A model generated the notes under the pieces. The model was not told where the DNA came from, searched no databases, and worked only from the letters and a program-made list of their open reading frames with translations. Positions 58,493 through 64,000 of a DNA stretch of 64,000 nucleotides are shown here, in pieces (within the stretch, counting starts at the first letter, position 1; the number at the start of each line of letters is the position of its first letter). Location: NCBI GenBank assembly GCA_013141015.1, contig JABFRT010000008.1:8637-72636 (forward strand), in the 5' to 3' direction. This stretch comes from Hyphomicrobium sp. (GTDB lineage Bacteria; Pseudomonadota; Alphaproteobacteria; Rhizobiales; Hyphomicrobiaceae). Position numbers and translations under genes: made by a program.

Positions 58493-58640
58493 GTATTTTC
58501 CAGTATTATCAGCGGACTAGAACGTGAACGTGAGTAATTTTGTTCGCAGCTGTTCTCACGTTTTTGCACACGTTTGCAGGTTCATTACTCACGAATTGCT
58601 CACGTGAGCACGGCGTGAGCAAACCAGAGGATACCTGGGT

Positions 58641-59711
58641 ATGGCGTCAATCACCAAGCTTCCATCTGGTCGCTGGCGTGCCCAGCTCCGCCGGAGACAA
58701 AAAAGCGTATCAAAGACGTTCCGCTTAAGAGCCGACGCAGAACGCTGGGCCACGGAACAGCAAGACCGCCTGAGCCGTGGGGAAGGCATCAACAAGCGCC
58801 TGCCCGACAGCGTCGGAACCCTTGGCGACATGATCGACCTCCATCTGACCGACATGGCCGAGGTGGGAAAAGAAGCCCGCCGCAGCAAAGAAGCGACCCT
58901 TCTCAGGCTCAAAGACACGATCGGCACCATCCGCCTCCCCAACCTCACCCGCGAGCGGATTATTGAATTTGGACGGGATCGCGCCAAAGAGGGTGCAGGT
59001 CCAGCGACCCTTGCCATTGACCTGAGCTTCATCAACACGGTTTTGAAGCATGCTTCTGCCATTTACGGATATTCGGTTCCTACAGAGCAAGTTCGGCTTG
59101 GCCGTAACGCCCTTGTCATCCTCGGGCTCGTAGGAAAATCCACGGAACGTGACCGCCGACCAACCGAAAAGGAACTTTCACGCATCCTGGCCTTCTTCCG
59201 CACCAACCGGGCCGTGCTCATTCCCATGGAACGGGTGATCAAATTTGCCGTTGCGACAGCGATGCGCCAGGACGAAATTACCCGGATCTTATGTGATGAT
59301 TTCGATCTCCAAGGCCCTTCGGTGCTCATTCGGCAACGCAAGCATCCGCGTGAGAAAAAAACGAACAACCAAATCATCCCTTTGGTTGCAGATACGGGTT
59401 TCAACGCGGTTGCCCTCATCAAAGAGCAGTTGGGCATCGTTTCAAAGAAGGGGACCATCTTCCCCTATAACCCGCGTTCGATCGGAACCGCTTTCCGGAG
59501 AGCCTGCATTGAATTGCAGATCGATGACCTCCACTTCCACGATCTTAGACATGAAGGCATTTCGCGCCTGTTCGAGGCCGACTGGGATATTCCCCAGGTT
59601 GCGGCCGTGTCGGGGCATAAGGACTGGAAGATGCTTCAACGCTACACGCATCTGCGACCAAGCTTCATTGCCAGCCGTGCCGGCCGAGTGGTTGTCCCCC
59701 GTGTTGCCTAG
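58641..59711 (+). CDS. Tyrosine-type site-specific integrase (dusA-associated)
   Basis: 356 aa. Catalytic residues in context: ATAMRQDE (R), HFHDLRHE (HxxR), VSGH (H), LQRYTH (Y). Its start lies 148 bp from the dusA start codon. Confidence 0.9.
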   Translation: MASITKLPSGRWRAQLRRRQKSVSKTFRLRADAERWATEQQDRLSRGEGINKRLPDSVGTLGDMIDLHLTDMAEVGKEARRSKEATLLRLKDTIGTIRLPNLTRERIIEFGRDRAKEGAGPATLAIDLSFINTVLKHASAIYGYSVPTEQVRLGRNALVILGLVGKSTERDRRPTEKELSRILAFFRTNRAVLIPMERVIKFAVATAMRQDEITRILCDDFDLQGPSVLIRQRKHPREKKTNNQIIPLVADTGFNAVALIKEQLGIVSKKGTIFPYNPRSIGTAFRRACIELQIDDLHFHDLRHEGISRLFEADWDIPQVAAVSGHKDWKMLQRYTHLRPSFIASRAGRVVVPRVA

Positions 59712-59713
59712 GC

Positions 59714-60694
59714 TCACGCACTCTTCTGATCGAGGAGTGGCAGTTCGGGTTGTTCATTGAGGGCGTGATCGTAGCTGTAGCGATGGGTTTTCTTCCGCCC
59801 ATCGCCGCGCACATCCACCTTCCACGAACGCAAGCCCCCTGCCCTCACCATGTCTTCAAAGGCTTTGCGGCATTTGCTGCGAAAATCACGCCTGGTGTTG
59901 GCATTTTCTGTTTCGTTCCAGAGGTCCCGCCCCACCAACTCTGCAAGCCGGTCTTCATCGACCCAGTTATGACGATGGAGGCTATCGATATATGGCCAGA
60001 ACGATTTGGCGTAATCCGACGACAACGCAAACTGCACATCGGCATTCAAACTGACCAGTTTGGCTGACATCACCATCGTGGCCGTCCAATCGCCATAGTA
60101 CACCCGCACGCAGTCATCCAAACCAAGCCCGTCCCACTCGACATCGTTAAGTAGGTTACCCATTTTGCCCTTAGTTTTGGGCAGCTTCCCCTGCCGATAC
60201 TGTTCGAGTAGGCGCGTCTCGTCGCCCTCGTAAACCGTGACCACGACTTTCTTGATATCTTCAAACGTGAAGTGAAGAGCGGCGATGTTATTCACGTGCT
60301 GGGTAAGCCCCATCACCTTCAGAAGCTCCCGCCACGTGGTATCGACTTTCAGGTGTCGGGTGTACCCAACGGGGCTTTCATCGTCTTTCCGCGTTTCACT
60401 TTCGTGACCCAACCGAAACACCGCATAGAGTGCATCACGGTGCTGAGATCCCAGTTCCCTTCCCGCTACACGGACGACCGAATGTCCCCTTACGACGTAA
60501 AGCCGCTCAAACGCTGAATCTGTAATGAGGCCGCGCCGTTTGGGAGCAAAGGCGCTCGTTCGCACCAACCGAGCCGGAACCTTCGAAGGTCGATTGCGGC
60601 CACGGCGTCCGCCAACCCGCTCAAGGCGCTTTTTCTCAGCATCCGATAACTCGCGTACCAAAAGCGTCTCTTTCTTCCGTACACATACTTTCAC
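59714..60694 (-). CDS. Plasmid replication initiator-like protein (TrfA-like pattern)
   Basis: 326 aa, GTG start. A basic N-terminus is followed by GHSVVRVAGRELGSQHRDALYAVFRL and TWRELLKVMGLTQHVNNIAALHFTFEDIKK. This resembles the TrfA-type initiator pattern from memory. Five iterons begin 8 bp upstream of its start. Confidence 0.55.
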   Translation of the reverse strand: MKVCVRKKETLLVRELSDAEKKRLERVGGRRGRNRPSKVPARLVRTSAFAPKRRGLITDSAFERLYVVRGHSVVRVAGRELGSQHRDALYAVFRLGHESETRKDDESPVGYTRHLKVDTTWRELLKVMGLTQHVNNIAALHFTFEDIKKVVVTVYEGDETRLLEQYRQGKLPKTKGKMGNLLNDVEWDGLGLDDCVRVYYGDWTATMVMSAKLVSLNADVQFALSSDYAKSFWPYIDSLHRHNWVDEDRLAELVGRDLWNETENANTRRDFRSKCRKAFEDMVRAGGLRSWKVDVRGDGRKKTHRYSYDHALNEQPELPLLDQKSA

Positions 60695-60701
60695 TCAAAA
60701 C

Positions 60702-60831
60702 GGGAACAGCGGCAACACTTTTGGGAACAGTCGCCACAATTTTAAGCATCCCTCTGTGCACTCCACGTCACAGGGAACAACCGCCACAAAATTAGGAACA
60801 GCCGCCACGAATTCGGGAACAGACGACACAG
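60702..60831 (+). repeat. Iteron family 1: five 17-bp direct repeats (consensus GGGAACAGCCGCCACAA)
   Basis: Copies at 60702, 60723, 60773, 60794 and 60815 (GGGAACAGCGGCAACAC, GGGAACAGTCGCCACAA, GGGAACAACCGCCACAA, AGGAACAGCCGCCACGA, GGGAACAGACGACACAG). Spacing is 21 bp within the two blocks. Confidence 0.85.
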
Positions 60832-61052
60832 AACACGCGGTGCACATTGTCTAACTCATTGTAATTTCGTCCCGCACGCGAATGCTGATCACCCTCCCCC
60901 AAACATCCCGCTGCAGCATTCATCGACGCAATCGAAAGCACACGTTCTTCTAGTTCATTGTTTTATTTCACATTGCGTTTGCAATCTGTGGCGGCCCTTC
61001 CCTATCTCCGGGCCTCGATCACCGACTAACGAACGAATCTCACTCTTCAAAC

Positions 61053-61268
61053 GGAAGCGAGACCACACATTTGCGTATGTCATTGATAGATTTGGAATGT
61101 CACCAACATGTTGTGACATCGCTTCCCAAACTTAACCCTCAACGGGACAAGCCCTGGGGATATTTCCAAACCTCGGTCGAGTTTCATGGAAAGGCCGTCA
61201 CACTTTCTGGAAGCGAGACCACATAAACAGGAAATGACGTCACCGAATTGGGAAGCCACGTCACACAC
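61053..61268. repeat. Iteron family 2: about seven 15-17-bp repeats (consensus GGAAGCGACGTCACACA)
   Basis: Direct copies at 61053 (GGAAGCGAGACCACACA), 61094 (GGAATGTCACCAACA, shorter), 61188 (GGAAAGGCCGTCACACT), 61209 (GGAAGCGAGACCACATA), 61230 (GGAAATGACGTCACCGA) and 61252 (GGAAGCCACGTCACACA). An inverted copy lies at 61112-61127. The last four are spaced 21-22 bp. Confidence 0.8.
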
Positions 61269-61310
61269 ACAGGCAAATAGATTTTTTCTTTCAATGCTTT
61301 CCAGTACGCT

Positions 61311-61350
61311 AGAGACTTAAGAGACTTTAAGAGACCACTTAGAGACCGTT
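61311..61350 (+). repeat. Four tandem ~10-bp repeats with AGAGAC core
   Basis: AGAGACTTA AGAGACTTTA AGAGACCACTT AGAGACCGTT, with spacing of 9, 10 and 11 bp, immediately before the DnaA box. Confidence 0.8.
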
Positions 61351-61355
61351 GCCTC

Positions 61356-61364
61356 TGTGGATAA
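61356..61364 (-). promoter_or_regulatory. Perfect consensus DnaA box (TTATCCACA on the minus strand)
   Basis: The plus strand reads TGTGGATAA at 61356-61364, inside the repeat-rich non-coding region between rep and parA. Confidence 0.6.
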
Positions 61365-61668
61365 GTTCTTCTCATAACCAAGACCGCAAGAAAGAATGCT
61401 GGAGAATGGTCAGGGGAGTTCGAATTTCCGAATAAGAATCTCGGACAGGTAACCATCAAGTCGCTCCTGATATAGCTTAAGCATCACCCATCAAGAGGCC
61501 TACGGCCAGTTTTTTTATATGAAAAGGGGAAACCCGTTTTTCTCGTTGTCCGAGGTTCTGCAACCTACCGAATTATCGGGAAAACTGTGGCGGCTGTTCC
61601 AACTTTTCCATACCAGCGCTTACAATAATTTCCAACATTTCATCGCACGCAATTTGATTGGTTCGTTC

Positions 61669-61920
61669 TGTGCATTTGGCCAAGTGACTACTTGGGCAAT
61701 TATGCAAGTGTCCATTTGTCCACCGCATCCACGGTTGAAATAGCTGCCCTGCACATTTGTGCACTTGCACACTTGTCCATCAAAAAACATACGAGAAAAC
61801 CAAGATTGGCACATTTGGACACTTGAACATTTGGTCAAGATTCAAATGCCTCACAGCGATATGTCGATTCATGACCATTTGCACATTTGGCCAAGTGTCC
61901 ACGTGTCCATTTGGACACGA
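61669..61920. repeat. Dense array of CAYTTG/CAARTG hexamers upstream of parA (candidate centromere/operator)
   Basis: I count about 15 hexamers in about 250 bp. Examples are GCATTTGGCCAAGTGAC (61672), CAAGTGTCCATTTGTCCAC (61705), GCACATTTGTGCACTTGCACACTTGTCCA (61751) and GCACATTTGGACACTTGAACATTTGGTCAAG (61809). Another is CATTTGCACATTTGGCCAAGTGTCCACGTGTCCATTTGGACACG (61876). Confidence 0.75.
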
Positions 61921-61981
61921 TGGGTGCCTCTTGATGATGCGCTTTCGTTGACCAGGACGAGGGGGCCTCTCAAAGTGAGGC

Positions 61982-62694
61982 ATGGACACATACACTCCCA
62001 TCTCCCAATCCAGCGCGATCATCGTCGCATTTGCGTCAAGCAAAGGCGGTGTGGGTAAGTCGACCAGTTGCGCAGCGCTCGCCGGCGCCTTGTGCCGTCG
62101 CGGTGCACCCGTGCACATCATAGATTTAGACCAGACGCGGACACTTCATCGTTGGTACAGCCGATTTCATCCCAACATGCCGAATTTCCATGTAGAAGCA
62201 GTCGAAGAGGCCAATTTCATGGGCCATATCCGCAACATTTATCAAACGCACAAGGGCTTCATCTTGGTCGACGTCGCTGGTTCATTTGCAAAGGCAATGA
62301 TCAAGCAAGCACAATTGCACATTTGACCATTAGCCCTGCGAAGCTCTCAGAACCGGATATTGTTGAGGCCGTCAAGCTCAGCAGGGAACTAGCTGACCTA
62401 TCGAACGCTATTGGCAAACCAATACCTCACCGGCTTTTAATCAACGAAGTGTCGCCGCTGTTCCCAACTTACCAGCGTGCCGCGATTGCAGATATCGCCA
62501 GGTCTGGAATGCAGCGCTTCGACACAATGCTGACAGAACGAGCGGCATATGCCGAAATCTTTATGTCAGGGAATCCGCCTCACTACGCGGACCAATCTCG
62601 CGATCCTGTTCGAAAGGCTGTTGTTGAACTGGATATGTTGGCCCGTGAGGTTTGCGATCTTCTTTTCCCCGCTCAACACAAGGAGGCTGCGTAA
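61982..62694 (+). pseudogene. parA: ParA-family partition ATPase (small, type Ib-like), interrupted by a frameshift near 62300-62326
   Basis: The N-part (61982..62326) carries Walker A AFASSKGGVGKSTS and ends at TGA 62324. The C-part continues in the -1 frame (..IAHLTISPAKLSEPDIVEAVKL...RAAYAEIFMSG...) to TAA 62694. The RBS-like AGTGAGG precedes the ATG. Confidence 0.7.
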
Positions 62695-63048
62695 ATGTCG
62701 AAGTCCTCCATCAACATCCAACCGATTGATTTTGACGCGGCAACTCGTGCGGTCGAACGTTTCAGCAAAGACCGGCACATTCCATCTATGACCTACCCTG
62801 GGGAAGGGGAGGGGCCCACCGTCGAAACACCCAAAGCCACAGAAGTCACAACTCTTCCGGTCCTACAGACCCGCCGCTCGATCAAGCGCATACCCGTCGA
62901 GCTACCTGACTATGTTGTTGAAGACGTGAAGCGCCGGGCCCTCGATGGTAACTGCTCAGCCCGCCACATCATCATGCGAGCGCTACGCGCTTATGGAGTG
63001 CATATCGCAGATGAAGATATGCCGGAAGATGGCCGACGAAACCGTTAG
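62695..63048 (+). CDS. Ribbon-helix-helix (ParG/CopG-like) partition/centromere-binding protein candidate
   Basis: 117 aa. The ATG immediately follows the parA stop (TAAATG). The C-terminal KRIPVELPDYVVEDVKRRALDGNCSARHIIMRALRAYG has a beta-strand/helix/helix RHH pattern. Confidence 0.55.
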   Translation: MSKSSINIQPIDFDAATRAVERFSKDRHIPSMTYPGEGEGPTVETPKATEVTTLPVLQTRRSIKRIPVELPDYVVEDVKRRALDGNCSARHIIMRALRAYGVHIADEDMPEDGRRNR

Positions 63049-63093
63049 ATGTCCATTTGCACATTTGGACATTTGTTCAGTTGGCCAAATAGA
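63049..63093. repeat. Second cluster of CAYTTG-type motifs immediately downstream of the par operon
   Basis: GATGTCCATTTGCACATTTGGACATTTGTTCAGTTGGCCAAAT shares TGTCCATTTG, GCACATTTGGAC and TTGGCCAA with the upstream array. Confidence 0.7.
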
Positions 63094-63131
63094 CAGAGCG
63101 ACATCCTGATCGCGATTTACTCACATGCATA

Positions 63132-63353
63132 TTGACGTATGCTGATGGTTCTGGGCACTATGTTGGAATGAACCCAAAACTGACAACGCCAATGCCATAT
63201 TCAACAAGCTCTGAGGCGTTTGCGGCTCAAGCTATTCCGAGTGCCAACACGGAAGCGAGTTCGATTTCTGAGGAGATCAAATGTATTCGCGAACGACTCG
63301 ACGAAATGCTTTCCGGTGTGCTTGATTTTCTCGATAAACACCCGGCCCGATGA
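63132..63353 (+). CDS. Hypothetical small protein (island)
   Basis: 73-aa ORF (TTG start; an ATG alternative lies at 63168). Its stop overlaps the start of the next ORF (ATGA). No family recognised. Confidence 0.35.
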   Translation: MTYADGSGHYVGMNPKLTTPMPYSTSSEAFAAQAIPSANTEASSISEEIKCIRERLDEMLSGVLDFLDKHPAR

Positions 63354-63601
63354 ATTCAGACAACCTAACAATATCTGAGCAGGAACTGAGGGCTTTAGGT
63401 GACCAGGAAGTCCAACTCGAAAATGCATTACAAGTACTGCGCATACGATGCCGACAAGAGGGTCTTTCTGGTCAACATCATGTCGCTGAACAGGCGTGGG
63501 AGCTCTTTGAAAAATATCGTAGTGAACTTGCAGACCTACAAACCAGAATCAGGAAGCTAGAAGCACGCTTTTATTCATCCCAGCCACGCCTGCGGAAATA
63601 A
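63350..63601 (+). CDS. Hypothetical small coiled-coil protein (island)
   Basis: 83-aa ORF translationally coupled to the previous one. Heptad-like charged sequence (ELRALGDQEVQLENALQVLRIRCRQ...ELADLQTRIRKLEARF). Confidence 0.4.
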   Translation: MNSDNLTISEQELRALGDQEVQLENALQVLRIRCRQEGLSGQHHVAEQAWELFEKYRSELADLQTRIRKLEARFYSSQPRLRK

Positions 63602-63752
63602 TTCCAGCCTAACCGATGTTCCACTGTTTCACGGTTCGCATAATGAATCTTATGTTAAATACAACCACAAATAACCCAAATTTGCACTTCGTCACTATAC
63701 GACCTATATTATCTTTATGTGTGCATTGTCGATTGATCTTTCCGTGGATGAA

Positions 63753-64000
63753 ATGGCTATTGAACCAGAACTTCGTCGTATGGGTTATGGTCAGATTTTT
63801 GATTTTTGGGTGCGCACCGTAAAATATGATCGTGACACTTTGGGGGACATGTGGTGCTTGCTTCTCAGGGCTGTGCATGCCGAGACACGTGGCGACCTCG
63901 GAAGGATCACTCCAGAAATGATGCGGCGCATTGTTGCCGGAGTAGAGGCTGAGACTAGGCCTAGTCTTAAGCCCCGCCAACCACTTTCCAGCGACACTCC
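63753..64000 (+). CDS. Hypothetical protein, N-terminal fragment running off the right edge
   Basis: Hand-translated from ATG 63753 (an in-frame GTG lies at 63744). It reads MAIEPELRRMGYGQIFDFWVRTVKYDRDTLGDMWCLLLRAVHAETRGDLGRITPEMMRRIVAGVEAETRPSLKPRQPLSSDT and is open to the window end. It competes with minus-strand ORFs 63609..63980 and 63791..63997. Confidence 0.35.
   Translation, partial: MAIEPELRRMGYGQIFDFWVRTVKYDRDTLGDMWCLLLRAVHAETRGDLGRITPEMMRRIVAGVEAETRPSLKPRQPLSSDT

Larger units (their letters stand above)
58440..64000. mobile_element. Integrated plasmid-like element at the 5' end of dusA (partial; continues beyond the window; left junction approximate)
   Basis: An integrase lies adjacent to and divergent from dusA. 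It is followed by a Rep gene, iterons, a DnaA box and a par locus in visibly AT-richer DNA. Confidence 0.7.

Noticed and set aside
60702-61268. Regularly spaced short repeats considered as a possible CRISPR array
   Set aside because: The repeats are only 15-17 bp and are separated by 4-5 bp (21-22-bp period), far too short for repeat-spacer units. No cas genes are present. The position next to a rep gene fits iterons.
61080-61951. Several 62-113-aa ORFs on both strands between rep and parA (e.g. 61184..61459, 61519..61743, 61759..62058, 61780..62121)
   Set aside because: They overlap each other in different frames and are built from the repeat arrays (iterons, CAYTTG hexamers). They have no RBS or coding-like composition. 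The region is better explained as origin and centromere DNA.
62290-62330. Programmed -1 ribosomal frameshift as the explanation for the split parA
   Set aside because: No X XXY YYZ slippery heptamer and no obvious downstream stimulatory structure could be found by eye. An indel (a real mutation or a sequencing error) is the simpler explanation. It is kept only as a minor alternative in the finding.
63609-63997. Minus-strand ORFs 63609..63980 (123 aa) and 63791..63997 (68 aa)
   Set aside because: Their translations are low-complexity or hydrophobic with odd composition (many His, Phe, Ile). The plus-strand frame from 63753 reads like a normal soluble protein. Neither option is well supported, so the plus-strand call is only low confidence.
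58440-64000. Prophage interpretation of the dusA-integrated element
   Set aside because: The visible 5.5 kb contains no terminase, capsid, tail, lysis or repressor/Cro-type genes. The content is plasmid-type replication and partition functions. The unseen remainder could still change this.

Overview
High-GC alphaproteobacterial chromosome segment; a Rhizobiales/Hyphomicrobiales-like origin is an inference from gene families and repeat type. About 1-58.4 kb is mostly core metabolism and housekeeping. It holds fatty-acid oxidation (fadB-like fragment, fadE), cimA, cysS, gltX, nadE, class II DAHP synthase, gor, rpiA, gph, ilvA, a phosphohexomutase, dusA and one tRNA-Val(CAC). It also holds an ODC-fold decarboxylase-aguA-aguB polyamine operon. 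Sulfur-trafficking genes are scattered through this part: soxF/soxY/soxZ without the rest of sox, a DsrE-like protein, a TusA-like protein, a BigR/SqrR-like two-Cys ArsR repressor with a DUF2892 protein beside an RND efflux pair, a YeeE/YedE transporter, a TIGR01244 (DUF442) protein and TauE/SafE. A secreted caspase-like protease (Sel1 repeats, PG-binding tail) sits next to a heme-motif/DUF4384 protein. The most interesting part starts at about 58.45 kb. A tyrosine integrase lies directly upstream of and divergent from dusA, a known integration hotspot. It is followed by visibly AT-richer DNA that looks like an integrated plasmid. This DNA carries a TrfA-like Rep gene, two different 17-bp iteron families phased at 21-22 bp, four phased AGAGAC repeats and a perfect DnaA box. 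It also carries a type-Ib-like parA (frameshifted) and a ribbon-helix-helix partner, flanked on both sides by dense CAYTTG hexamer arrays. The element runs off the right edge of the window, so its cargo is unseen. Other oddities: a 176-bp tandem duplication of a hairpin-forming MITE-like element that also copies the 3' end of cysS; a small ORF whose C-terminus is homologous to the CysS C-terminus; and a frameshift-split membrane/PH-like gene. No CRISPR arrays, rRNA genes or phage structural genes were seen.
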